Of a stretch of DNA of 64,000 bases, positions 41,579 through 50,417 are shown in pieces. The translations under genes and the position numbers were made by a program. Location: NCBI GenBank assembly GCA_020073265.1, contig JAIQFN010000005.1:76110-140109 (forward strand). Reading direction: 5' to 3'. The notes below the pieces were generated by a model. That model was not told the DNA's origin and did not search any database. It saw nothing but the letters and a program-made list of their open reading frames with translations. Origin of the DNA: Terriglobia bacterium. Its GTDB lineage: Bacteria; Acidobacteriota; Terriglobia; Bryobacterales; Bryobacteraceae. The first letter of the stretch is position 1. Every line of letters begins with the position of its first letter.

Positions 41579-42982
41579 ATGACCATCCGGTACCTGGCCC
41601 TGGTTTGCTTCGCATCCGTTCTGGCGGCCGCGCCCGTCGACAACACGCTGGCACTGGGGCGCAGGGCGTTGCTCAATGACGGCGTCGCCACGGCCTGGAG
41701 ACTCGCTCAACAAGCCCTGACGGAAGCCCCGCAGTCGGCCGCCGCTCACGAGTTCAGTGGAGAGGTCCTGTTCCGACGCGGCGAGTTCGCGCCAGCCGAC
41801 CAGGCCTTCCAGTCGGCCTTGCAACTGGATCCCAACTTCGCTCTGGCCTGGTGGGGACGCGCACGAGTTGCCGATTGCAGCTCGATGCACAAGACCGCCG
41901 ATCAGTTCATCCGGCGCGCACACCAACTGGACCCTCGCGATCCGCATGTCTTCGCCGACTGGGCCGCGCGGCTGCAAGGCCAGGATCGCTCGGACGCACT
42001 CCAGCAGTATGCCGCCATGGCCGGCGCAGGGCGGGGCCCCGCCGAGCTCAGCGATCTGATGCAGCGCATTCAACTCGAGCAGGCCATGCTGGGGCACGAG
42101 GTCATGCTGCTGGCCAGTCCCTATCAAAGCGCGGAGCTCCCGCTCACGGCCTTCGTCAGCGACGCGACGCACATGCGCAATTACGGCCTGGAGGTGGACC
42201 TGAACTCGACCAGGCTGCGACTGGTGCTGGATACCGGCGCTTCTGGAATCCTGATCTCGCGCAAGGCTGCGGAGAAGGCTGGAATCGGCAGACTCTCCGG
42301 CGCTACGATCCGGGGATTTGGCGACTCCACCAAGCTTTCGGGCGGATACCAGGGTGTCGCGCAGCGTGTCCGCGTCGGGGGGATCGAGTTTCACGACGCG
42401 GTCATCAGAGTTGCAGACCAGGACTCAGTCGGTAGCCAGGACGGATTGATTGGAACCAACGTGTTCTCCGACTTCCTGGTCGCGGTCGATTTTGCCGGAA
42501 GGAAACTGCGGCTGAATCCCCTGCCCGATTACCATCCGAGCGGCCAGGATCCCCACGATCGCACGGTGGTCGCAGCCATGCGGAACTATACGCCCGTATT
42601 CCGATTCGGCCATCTGCTCGCGATCCCGACGCGCGTGAGCACTTCGCGCGAAGTCCTGTTCATCATCGACAGTGGATCCGCGACAACGCTGATCTCGTCC
42701 GACCTGGCGGCGTCGGTGACTAAGGTAGATCGCGACAAGCGGACGGGGATCTCGGGGCTAAGCGGCAAGGTCTCGGACATCTATCAGACTGGCGACCTGT
42801 TTCTGGAATTCGCCGGATTCCGCCAGAAGAACCTGGGGATGACCGCGTTTGACATGTGGGAACAGAGCCGCCAACTGGGCTTCGAAGTTTCCGGGTTCCT
42901 GGGTCTGCCGCTGCTCGAGCTGTTCACGCTGACCATCGACTACCGCGACGGCCTGGTGAACTTCGAGCGCCAGGAACGCTGA
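41579..42982 (+). CDS. TPR + retropepsin-like (clan AA) aspartyl protease, secreted
   Basis: Signal MTIRYLALVCFASVLAA. TPR-like FSGEVLFRRGEFAPADQAFQSALQLDPNFALAWWG. Two Asp-protease motifs, LVLDTGASGILIS and FIIDSGSATTLIS. Confidence 0.7.
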   Translation: MTIRYLALVCFASVLAAAPVDNTLALGRRALLNDGVATAWRLAQQALTEAPQSAAAHEFSGEVLFRRGEFAPADQAFQSALQLDPNFALAWWGRARVADCSSMHKTADQFIRRAHQLDPRDPHVFADWAARLQGQDRSDALQQYAAMAGAGRGPAELSDLMQRIQLEQAMLGHEVMLLASPYQSAELPLTAFVSDATHMRNYGLEVDLNSTRLRLVLDTGASGILISRKAAEKAGIGRLSGATIRGFGDSTKLSGGYQGVAQRVRVGGIEFHDAVIRVADQDSVGSQDGLIGTNVFSDFLVAVDFAGRKLRLNPLPDYHPSGQDPHDRTVVAAMRNYTPVFRFGHLLAIPTRVSTSREVLFIIDSGSATTLISSDLAASVTKVDRDKRTGISGLSGKVSDIYQTGDLFLEFAGFRQKNLGMTAFDMWEQSRQLGFEVSGFLGLPLLELFTLTIDYRDGLVNFERQER

Positions 42983-42995
42983 GCTAAAGAATATC

Positions 42996-43082
42996 TGGTG
43001 CGGATGAGAGGACTTGAACCTCCACTCCCTTGCGAGAACTAGAACCTGAATCTAGCGCGTCTGCCAATTCCGCCACATCCGC
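42996..43082 (-). tRNA. trnL: tRNA-Leu (anticodon CAG), CCA encoded
   Basis: Reverse complement: GCGGATGTGGCGGAATTGGCAGACGCGCTAGATTCAGGTTCTAG…GGTTCAAGTCC…CATCCGCACCA. 7-bp acceptor stem GCGGATG/CATCCGC. Anticodon stem CTAGA/TCTAG with loop TTCAGGT. Long variable arm. Close to E. coli tRNA-Leu(CAG) as I remember it. Confidence 0.9.
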
Positions 43083-43101
43083 ACTGCGGTGGGAACCGAT
43101 A

Positions 43102-43575
43102 CTATTTTCGAGGAGGGCGGCGTCGAGTGTCAACTCGCGGTTGGGCGGTGGTGGAGCGGCGCTCTTCCGACTGTGGAGGCTTGCGCGCGCGCGCGGCCAG
43201 CACCAGGCGCATCACGCGCTGCTCGATCTGGTCGCGCACCTCGCGGTAAACTTCCTCGGATTCGCCGATCGGATCGCGCACCTGCCACTCTTCCACGCGC
43301 GCCCCAAGTTCGCGCGGAACCGGTTTGCCGGACATGTTGACGACCAGATCGAAGCTGCCTTTCAGCATGTCCATCCTTTTTGGGTATACGTGGCCGACGT
43401 CGATATTTTTCTCCAGCATGACCTTGTGGGTCAGCGGTGCAACCGAGAGTGCCGGAGAGATGCCGGCGCTGGCTGCCACCAGCACGTCGGAACCGTAGGC
43501 GCGGGCGAAACCCTCGGCCATGGGGCTGCGGCAGCTATTGCCGATGCATAAGAATAAGACCCGAGTCGGTTTCAC
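43102..43575 (-). CDS. low-molecular-weight phosphotyrosine phosphatase / ArsC-like
   Basis: VLFLCIGNSCRSPMAEG has the CX5R(S) P-loop. Basic C-terminal tail. Confidence 0.85.
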   Translation of the reverse strand: MKPTRVLFLCIGNSCRSPMAEGFARAYGSDVLVAASAGISPALSVAPLTHKVMLEKNIDVGHVYPKRMDMLKGSFDLVVNMSGKPVPRELGARVEEWQVRDPIGESEEVYREVRDQIEQRVMRLVLAARARKPPQSEERRSTTAQPRVDTRRRPPRK

Positions 43576-43616
43576 CTAACTCTAGTTTAATGGACCTGAT
43601 TCAAATCTCGCGCTCA

Positions 43617-44201
43617 CTAAGGTATTTTATTTAAAAAAATCCGATGAACCCGCGAGTCGTCGGTCAACTCGGGATGAAAAGTCGCCACCAAATGGCGGCC
43701 TTGCTCGACCAATACCGGATCGCCCTGGTAGCTGGCCAACACTTTGGCGTCGCCTCCGACGCGGCGAATGATGGGAGCGCGGATGAAGACCGCTTCCAGA
43801 TCTCCCTCCAGCGCCTGCGGCTGAAGTCGCGCGATGCGGCTGTCGAGCTGGCGGCCATAAGCGTTGCGCTCGATGCTGATGTCCATGAGGCCCAGCGACG
43901 GCTGCGGCGGGTTAGCGACTTCCGAGGCCAGCAGGATGGCGCCCGCACAGGTTCCGAAGATGGGACGGCGCCGGCCGAACTCGCGCAGCGGCTCGACCAG
44001 GTGCTCCTCGTTGATCAGCTTCCACATGGTGGTGCTCTCGCCGCCGGGCATCACCAGCCCGTCGAGTTCGTCGAGGTCGGCGGCCGAGCGCACTTCGACG
44101 GCTTCGGCGCCGGCGCGCCGCAAGGCTCTTTCGTGCGCCTCGAAATCGCCCTGCAGCGCCAGCACACCGATTTTCTTTCGACCCGCGACCGCCCCGGGCA
44201 C
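43617..44201 (-). CDS. pdxT: pyridoxal 5'-phosphate synthase glutaminase subunit PdxT
   Basis: IGVLALQGDFEAHERAL…LVMPGGESTTM…FGTCAGAILL…TFHPE. Confidence 0.9.
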   Translation of the reverse strand: MPGAVAGRKKIGVLALQGDFEAHERALRRAGAEAVEVRSAADLDELDGLVMPGGESTTMWKLINEEHLVEPLREFGRRRPIFGTCAGAILLASEVANPPQPSLGLMDISIERNAYGRQLDSRIARLQPQALEGDLEAVFIRAPIIRRVGGDAKVLASYQGDPVLVEQGRHLVATFHPELTDDSRVHRIFLNKIP

Positions 44202-45085
44202 TACCAGCCTCGCGTCTGCAGCAGCTCCGATTCGGGGAGCTTGGCGATGTCGAGGCCGAACATGGCGGCGCCCAGTTCTTCGCTGGCCTCGAGCAGCTTG
44301 GCCGGATCGTTATAGTAGGTGGCGGCCTTGACGATGGCGCGGGCGCGCGCTTCCGGATCGGATGACTTGAAGATGCCCGATCCGACGAACACCGCTTCGG
44401 CGCCAAGCTGCATCACCAGCGCCGCGTCGGCCGGAGTGGCGATGCCGCCCGCCGAGAAATTGGGCACCGGGAGCTTGCCGTGCTGGGCGACATACTGGAT
44501 CAGCTCGAGCGGCGCCTGATGTTTCTTCGATTCGGCCACCAGCTCTTCGTGTCCCAGGACGGTGAGCTGCTTCATCTCTTTCACGATGGTGCGGATGTGG
44601 CGAACCGCCTCGACGATGTTGCCGGAGCCCGCCTCGCCCTTGGTCCGGATCATGGCCGCGCCCTCGGCGATGCGGCGCAGCGCCTCGCCCAGATTGCGCG
44701 CGCCGCAGACGAACGGCACTCTGAAATCGCGCTTGTCGATGTGGTGTTCTTCGTCGGCGGGCGTGAGCACTTCGCTCTCGTCGATGTAGTCGACTTCCAG
44801 CGCCTCCAGGATGCGGGCTTCCATGAAGTGGCCGATGCGCGCTTTGGCCATCACGGGAATGCTGACCTGCTGCATGATCTCGCGCATCTTCGCGATGGGC
44901 GCCATGCGGGCGACGCCGCCTTCCTTGCGGATATCGGCGGGCACGCGTTCCAGCGCCATCACCGCGCAGGCGCCGGCCTTTTCGGCGATCACCGCCTGCT
45001 CCGCGTTGGTCACATCCATAATCACGCCGCCCTTCAGCATTTCGGCCAGACCGACTTTCAGGCGGAATTTGTCGTCGAGGTACAT
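44201..45085 (-). CDS. pdxS: pyridoxal 5'-phosphate synthase lyase subunit PdxS
   Basis: [49 protein letters not shown]…[14 protein letters not shown]. Confidence 0.95.
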   Translation of the reverse strand: MYLDDKFRLKVGLAEMLKGGVIMDVTNAEQAVIAEKAGACAVMALERVPADIRKEGGVARMAPIAKMREIMQQVSIPVMAKARIGHFMEARILEALEVDYIDESEVLTPADEEHHIDKRDFRVPFVCGARNLGEALRRIAEGAAMIRTKGEAGSGNIVEAVRHIRTIVKEMKQLTVLGHEELVAESKKHQAPLELIQYVAQHGKLPVPNFSAGGIATPADAALVMQLGAEAVFVGSGIFKSSDPEARARAIVKAATYYNDPAKLLEASEELGAAMFGLDIAKLPESELLQTRGW

Positions 45086-45097
45086 GCAAGGTTCTCC

Positions 45098-45123
45098 TAA
45101 ACCATTTTTCTGACTTAAACCAT
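45098..45123 (-). promoter_or_regulatory. direct repeat ATGGTTTA x2 upstream of pdxS (candidate PdxR operator)
   Basis: Sense strand: ccATGGTTTAagtcagaaaaATGGTTTAggagaaccttgcATG. A related ATGGTATGGTT lies upstream of pdxR (46601-46611). Confidence 0.3.
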
Positions 45124-46587
45124 GGCCGGAGCTTCGGTGAGCGGCGAATGCGCCCGCACGCGCTCCAGTTCATTTTGAAAAATACGACCGAGTATCGCGA
45201 TTCCGGACCGGATCTGGTCCGGCGCCATACCGGCAAAACTGATGCGAAGACTGTTGGCTTCGGGGTGCGTTACGGCGAAAAACCTGCCGGGCAGATAGGT
45301 GACGCCTTCGCGTTCGGCCCGCGCGAGCAGCTCGCCTGCGTCCAGGGCCTCGGGCAATCGAATCCACAGGCTCATCCCGCCGCGGGGGCGCGTGAATTCC
45401 ACTGCGGGCGGCAGGTGTTTCTCGCAGGCGGCGAGCACGGCATGCAAACGCTCGCGGCCGGATGCGAGCATGCGCCGGCGATGTTGCTCCAGGCGGCCCG
45501 ACTGGGCGAAGCGCAGCAGAATGGCTTGGGAAAGCTGATCGGTGTGCAGATCGCTCCACTGCTTGGCTTCGGTGAGTTTCTCGATGAGCGGCCGCGGGCC
45601 GATGACCCAGCCGACGCGCAGTCCGGGAAACGCGATTTTCGAGAAGCTGCGCAGCAGGATGGTGTCGCCGGTTTCGTCCAGTTGCTTGATGGAGGGAATC
45701 GGTTCGCCTTCGTAGGCCAGCGCGCCGTAGATGTCGTTTTCGACCAGGATCACGCCGGCGGCCTGCGTGATGCGCAATAGCGATTTGCGCGCGGCCAGCG
45801 GAAGCGTGGCGCCGGTGGGGTTTTGGAAATTGGACGTGACGGCCAGCAGGCGCGGGCGTTCGTGTTCGAGGATGCGTTCGAGCGCTTCGAGATCGAGACC
45901 GTTGCGGCCGATGGGAACGCCGATCAGCCGCGCGCCGGATCGCTCAAACGCGGCCCGCATTCCGGGATAGACCGGATCTTCGAGCAGCACCGTTTCTCCG
46001 TGCCGCACCAGCGTGCTCTGGAGCAGGCTGAAGGCTTGCTGGCATCCGCTGGTGATGAGGATGTCGTCGGAATCGCGCGCGACTCCTTCGGTGCGGGCCA
46101 GCTCGTGCAGGTAGCGGCGCAGCGGAGGATAGCCTGACGGCGATCCCAGTTGCAGGATGGTCTGCGCTTCCGGGCCGTGAATCACTTCCTCGCAGGTGAC
46201 GCGGAATTCTTCGAGCGGAAACAGCAGTTCGGAAGGACGCGAACTGGAGAAGCTGGCGAGCGGCGTGGAGGCGGGAGCGGCGGGCGTGGATGCGGCGGAG
46301 CCTGCCAGCGCTTCGCGCCAGTTCACGCGATTTTTCAGAGTCCCGGAGCGAGTGACGAAGCTGCCGCGGCCGACGTGGCCGCTGATGAGGCCCTCGGATT
46401 CGAGCAGCTCATAGGCGGCGGAGACGGTGGTGCGGTTCAGTCCAAGCTGGCCAGCCAATTCGCGAGTGGCGGGGAGCCGGCTTCCGTCCGCCAGACGGCC
46501 AGACTCGATTAATTCCTTTATATTTGCGTGCAACTGGCGATAGAGCGGAGCTTCAAGTTCGGGATTGAGCGTCGCGATCGGAAGCAT
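45115..46587 (-). CDS. pdxR: MocR/GntR-family PLP-dependent transcriptional regulator (PdxR-like)
   Basis: N-terminal w[57 protein letters not shown] plus a ~350-aa aminotransferase-like domain (…[14 protein letters not shown]…). Adjacent to pdxST. Confidence 0.75.
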   Translation of the reverse strand: MLPIATLNPELEAPLYRQLHANIKELIESGRLADGSRLPATRELAGQLGLNRTTVSAAYELLESEGLISGHVGRGSFVTRSGTLKNRVNWREALAGSAASTPAAPASTPLASFSSSRPSELLFPLEEFRVTCEEVIHGPEAQTILQLGSPSGYPPLRRYLHELARTEGVARDSDDILITSGCQQAFSLLQSTLVRHGETVLLEDPVYPGMRAAFERSGARLIGVPIGRNGLDLEALERILEHERPRLLAVTSNFQNPTGATLPLAARKSLLRITQAAGVILVENDIYGALAYEGEPIPSIKQLDETGDTILLRSFSKIAFPGLRVGWVIGPRPLIEKLTEAKQWSDLHTDQLSQAILLRFAQSGRLEQHRRRMLASGRERLHAVLAACEKHLPPAVEFTRPRGGMSLWIRLPEALDAGELLARAEREGVTYLPGRFFAVTHPEANSLRISFAGMAPDQIRSGIAILGRIFQNELERVRAHSPLTEAPAMV

Positions 46588-46690
46588 GCCAATTCATGAC
46601 AACCATACCATATTGGTTGACCCAAGGCAAGGGTAGTGGGTCAGTTTGAAAGCGACGCCGGTCGCCAGCGCACCCGCTCCTTCTCGCTTA

Positions 46691-47149
46691 CTACAATTCG
46701 AAGTAGATGTCTTTAGGGATGAGATCACGAAGGATTTTCGTCCGCCGTTGCGACGCCAAGGAATGCTTTCGGATGTGTGTTCCCTGGAAATTCAGAAGCT
46801 CGTGGCCTTTCGTTAAGTAATAACGGATCATTGCACGTTCGATGACTGGCAGCAAATGTTGACGCTGCCCCGGTCTGGCCTTGAATTCACCGGCAACCAC
46901 ATAACGCGGCCCGATGGCGGCGTTTTCAATACCCTTCATCAACTTCACGGCATTCATCTGAGTCTTGATCCTGCCTCTAAGTCCGCCGGCTTTGCCGACA
47001 TATAGTGCTTCAGCAGCGTCGCCAAAAGCTCTGAAGAAAATGTAGATACCCGGACCTGTGGGAATGGCGTCGAGGTTCACTTCGTAGATCCCGTTCGCCT
47101 GCGATTGCGCGAGGGGAAGCGGATCGCCCCATTCGAGACTGAAGTCCAT
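46691..47149 (-). CDS. standalone GIY-YIG nuclease-like protein
   Basis: PGIYIFFRAFGDAAEALYVGKAGGLRGRI (GIY…YVG…R), a later VIERAMI (Glu) and LLNFQG (Asn). Start taken at MDFSLEW. Visibly lower GC than the flanks. Confidence 0.55.
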   Translation of the reverse strand: MDFSLEWGDPLPLAQSQANGIYEVNLDAIPTGPGIYIFFRAFGDAAEALYVGKAGGLRGRIKTQMNAVKLMKGIENAAIGPRYVVAGEFKARPGQRQHLLPVIERAMIRYYLTKGHELLNFQGTHIRKHSLASQRRTKILRDLIPKDIYFEL

Positions 47150-47475
47150 GACCAGTAATAATATCGCCGGGAGCAAGCAGCGCGCAGCGGCGGGTAGTCT
47201 TTTTCTTCCAAATAGGATCCTCTGGCCTTCTTCCGGCGTCAGATCTGGATTTTCGCTTTCCTTCGAGAATGCTTTAGTCAGCCGCGTGAATCGGCGCATC
47301 TGCATCCGCATTCATGATCCGTCCTTGGCGCTTAGCGGGTAGACTCTAGCATGATCTGATAGGCAAGCGCGTTTGGATCGCGCGGGCCGCTGTCTGAGCG
47401 GTCAGGCATGGCCGATTCCAGTCTGACAGCCTACGCATCCTGTCAAGATCCTATTTCAAGCCGACCCGCTACAGG

Positions 47476-47804
47476 TCACGTGTCCCACGGCTTGGCTTCA
47501 AGAAATCGCCTCGACGTTAGGATCGCGATTCCTCGATACGGATGGAGCTTCAACAGATGACCGTCGGCATCCAAGGCGCATTCCAAAATGCGGTTGTCAT
47601 CGGTATCGACGCAATCGGTCACGGTTTGCTGTGGCGTCACCGAATGAGCCAACGACCAGAGATAGTTGGTCGCATCTCTGACGCGCTGTTGCGGCCAAGA
47701 AACTTCTCGACAAGAATGCCCTCCACTTCGGCCTTGATCGGATCGGAAATCGAAACCTCGAACGCCCCGGCCTCCGCGGTTTCGATAACGGTGCGCGGAT
47801 TCAA
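47476..47804 (-). pseudogene. decayed PIN-domain toxin (TIGR00305-like)
   Basis: The frame continuing after the antitoxin stop reads LNPRTVIETAEAGAFEVSISDPIKAEVEGILVEKFLGRNSAS…. A second frame reads …YLWSLAHSVTPQQTVTDCVDTDDNRILECALDADGHLLKLHPYRGIAILTSRRFLE*. The N-terminal ~18 aa (DTNV strand) is missing and a frameshift lies near 47685. Confidence 0.45.
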
Positions 47805-48059
47805 TCATCTGGGCTGGTGCTTGCGGATGCGCGCGGCATGGATGGCGCTAACGACTTCCTGCTCGGTTCGGACTCCGGCAGTCGCGGCGGATTTGCGGCC
47901 ATAGGCGTTCATTTCGTCCCACCAGCGGTGGCGCTCATACTGCCGAAGGGCTTCGCGGATCAGTTCGCTCATGGTTCGATTTTCCTTCTTGGCCAGTTTT
48001 TCGGCGCGCGTCAGTATTTCCGGAGGCAGCGTGATGGACAGGGTCCGTGTCGTTCTCAT
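47805..48059 (-). CDS. ribbon-helix-helix (CopG/MetJ-type) antitoxin
   Basis: TLSITLPPEILTRAEKLAKKENRTMSELIREALRQY. Confidence 0.7.
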   Translation of the reverse strand: MRTTRTLSITLPPEILTRAEKLAKKENRTMSELIREALRQYERHRWWDEMNAYGRKSAATAGVRTEQEVVSAIHAARIRKHQPR

Positions 48060-48102
48060 GACTTCTCGCGCGGTGAAGTGCTGCAGCCAATAGATTCGCC
48101 GC

Positions 48103-49188
48103 CTAAGTAATATGCGCGCCGGACGTCAGCACATAGACGACGTACAGGGATTGCGAGGCGGCCATGAACAAGCGGTTTCGCTTGGTGCCGCCGAAGCAGA
48201 CGTTGGCGCAGGTCTCAGGCAGGCGGATCATGCCGATGCGCTCGCCGCCCGGATTGATCACCTGCACGCCCGGGCGCGCTCCTCCCCAAACGTTTCCATC
48301 CACGTCGCAGCGGATGCCGTCGGCGAAGGTGGGGGCGCCGGTGCCGGGGACATCCAACTGGATGAAACGTTTTCCGTTGCGGATGGTTTTGCCGTCCAGG
48401 TCGTAAACCCGGATCTCGCGGCCCGTGCCGGTGTCGCAGATGTACACCTTCTTATAGTCGGGCGAAAAGCAGATGCCGTTGGGACCGTTCATCTCGTCGG
48501 TGAGCTTGTCCATCTGTCCGGTCTTTGAATCCACGCGGTAGACCGCTTCCTTGAGTTCCTTGTCGGCCTTGAAGCCCTCGTAGTTTCCGTTGATGCCGTA
48601 GGTCGGGTCGGTGAACCAGATGCTGCCGTCCGGATGCACCACGATGTCGTTGGGCGAATTCAGGCGCTTGCCTTCGAACTTCTCAGCGATCACCGTGAGG
48701 GTCCCGTTAGGTTCGTAGCGGACCACGCGGCGGCCGCCGTGCTCGCAGGAAAGCTGGCGGCCTTCGAAATCGAAGGTGTTGCCGTTGCTGTAACCGGACG
48801 GGTTGTGGAACACGGTGATGTGCCCGTCCTCTTCGAGCCAGCGCATCTGGACGTTGTTGGGAATGTCGCTCCAGACCAGATAGCGACCCACGCCGTTCCA
48901 GGCCGGACCTTCGGACCACAGCGTGCCGGTGTGAAGCCGCTTGATGACGGTGTTCGACACCATGTAGCGGCGGAAGCGCGGATCGAGCGCGACGATGTCG
49001 GGGTCCGGGTACTGCACGGGCTGCTGGCCGGACCAGTCGCGCGGAGTCGGGTTGGGCGAAATAGGAGCGCGCTGCGCGGGCGGTTGCGCGGCGACCGGCA
49101 GCGCGGCTGCGGCGCCTAGAGCGGCGGCCAGGAAGGACCGGCGGTCGCAGCGTAGTTTCGGAGCTTGGGTGTAGGTGGGTTGCGGCAT
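48103..49188 (-). CDS. SMP-30/gluconolactonase/LRE-family protein with Tat-like signal
   Basis: CDRRSFLAAALGAAAALPVAA. EGPAWNGVGRYLVWSDIPNN, NGNTFDFEGRQLSCEHG, NSPNDIVVHPDGSIWFTDP and PNGICFSPD. Confidence 0.85.
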   Translation of the reverse strand: MPQPTYTQAPKLRCDRRSFLAAALGAAAALPVAAQPPAQRAPISPNPTPRDWSGQQPVQYPDPDIVALDPRFRRYMVSNTVIKRLHTGTLWSEGPAWNGVGRYLVWSDIPNNVQMRWLEEDGHITVFHNPSGYSNGNTFDFEGRQLSCEHGGRRVVRYEPNGTLTVIAEKFEGKRLNSPNDIVVHPDGSIWFTDPTYGINGNYEGFKADKELKEAVYRVDSKTGQMDKLTDEMNGPNGICFSPDYKKVYICDTGTGREIRVYDLDGKTIRNGKRFIQLDVPGTGAPTFADGIRCDVDGNVWGGARPGVQVINPGGERIGMIRLPETCANVCFGGTKRNRLFMAASQSLYVVYVLTSGAHIT

Positions 49189-49223
49189 ATCAGTTATCTA
49201 TACCGCAAATCGGAGCTTAAAGT

Positions 49224-49269
49224 GCGTTCACACGAGTGTGAACGCGGCACGCAGGCGTGCGTGCGCCAC
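49224..49269 (-). repeat. 46-nt REP-like double-hairpin element, copy 2
   Basis: The reverse complement matches 9291-9336 at 45 of 46 positions. The single difference (T vs G) falls in the loop of hairpin 1. It sits between the response-regulator stop and the gluconolactonase start, both on the minus strand. Confidence 0.65.
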
Positions 49270-49271
49270 AT

Positions 49272-49736
49272 TCAGGTCAGCTCGACGGGCGGATATTCTC
49301 GCAGGGCTCCCCAACCGCAGACGGCGGGAGTCCAATCGCAGGGAGTGGAGCGCCGGCAGGCTGCCGCGATTTTTTCGAGCACCTCGCGAAAGACGATGGG
49401 CTTCGAGATGTAGTCGTCCATGCCCGCAGCCAGGCATCTTTCACGATCGCCCGACATAGTGCATGCGGTCAGCGCGATGATCGGGATGTGCCCTCCCGTG
49501 GCGCGCTCTCGCTCGCGAATCATTCTGGTAGTAGCGTAGCCGTCCAGTTGCGGCATCTGCACATCCATCAGGATCACGTCGAACCCGTCGTCCGCCAGCA
49601 CCTCCAGCGCTTCGCGACCTGAGGATGCAATCTCGACCGCGTGGCCACGGCTACGCAACAACTGAGCAGCTACTTTCTGATTTACCGGATGGTCTTCCAC
49701 CAGGAGGATTTTCAGGGGCCGAGTGCGTCTCATCAC
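49272..49736 (-). CDS. single-domain response regulator (CheY-like receiver)
   Basis: KILLVEDHPVNQ…DVILMDVQMPQLDG…IPIIALTA…DDYISKP. Confidence 0.85.
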   Translation of the reverse strand: MMRRTRPLKILLVEDHPVNQKVAAQLLRSRGHAVEIASSGREALEVLADDGFDVILMDVQMPQLDGYATTRMIRERERATGGHIPIIALTACTMSGDRERCLAAGMDDYISKPIVFREVLEKIAAACRRSTPCDWTPAVCGWGALREYPPVELT

Positions 49737-49892
49737 GTGCTCGGTTACTGCATTCAGTGGACCATTTAAAAAAAGAGCGCCGCGTCAAAGAGATGAAAGA
49801 TCTCGAGCATGCTGACGCGGGTGTGTGACACCCAATCGCGCGGAAAATCACCTAGGGTCTTTGTCTAATCGCACGCACGGTACGCTGGTACT

Positions 49893-50417
49893 ATGCCGAC
49901 GCTTCCCGAACCCTGGCTGCGAGGACCAATGGCGGGCGTGCATCCGCTGGCCGCGCCCATTCTCTACACCTTCGAGCAGGCCCGCGAGGACCTGGCGGCG
50001 CACACCGCGGGACTGACCACGGAGCAAGTGTGGGCGGCGCCGTATGGTTTCGGCTCGCTGGGCTTCCACATCCGTCACATTGGCGGCAGCACCGACCGGC
50101 TGATGACTTACCTGCAAGGCCGCCAGCTTTCGGAGACGCAAATGGCGGCGCTGCGGTCGGAGCATGAGACGGGAGCGACGCGCGAGCAACTGCTGGCGGA
50201 CATGGACGCCGCGTTTCGGCGCGCCGAAGCGGTGGTTCGCGCTCTCGATGAAGCGGCGCTCGCCGAGCCGCGCGAGATCGGACGGAAGCGTTTGCCGACC
50301 ACGGTGATCGGGTTGCTGACTCACATCGCCGAGCACACCCAGCGGCACGTGGGACAGGCCATCAGCGCGGCGAAACTTGCTCGGGTTCAGTTACCAGCCG
50401 AATCGCGCAACACCTAG
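49893..50417 (+). CDS. DinB-family protein
   Basis: 174-aa four-helix-type sequence with His residues in …HIRHIGGSTDRL… and …HIAEHTQRHVGQ…. Confidence 0.7.
   Translation: MPTLPEPWLRGPMAGVHPLAAPILYTFEQAREDLAAHTAGLTTEQVWAAPYGFGSLGFHIRHIGGSTDRLMTYLQGRQLSETQMAALRSEHETGATREQLLADMDAAFRRAEAVVRALDEAALAEPREIGRKRLPTTVIGLLTHIAEHTQRHVGQAISAAKLARVQLPAESRNT

Noticed and set aside
47542-47904. 120-aa plus-strand ORF spanning the RHH/PIN junction.
   Set aside because: It is antisense to the recognisable RHH gene and PIN remnant, and its translation is featureless.
50414-50417. The convergent DinB and STAS genes share their stop codons in a CTAG tetranucleotide.
   Set aside because: The overlap is real but a trivial consequence of the palindromic TAG/CTA. 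No functional implication can be supported.
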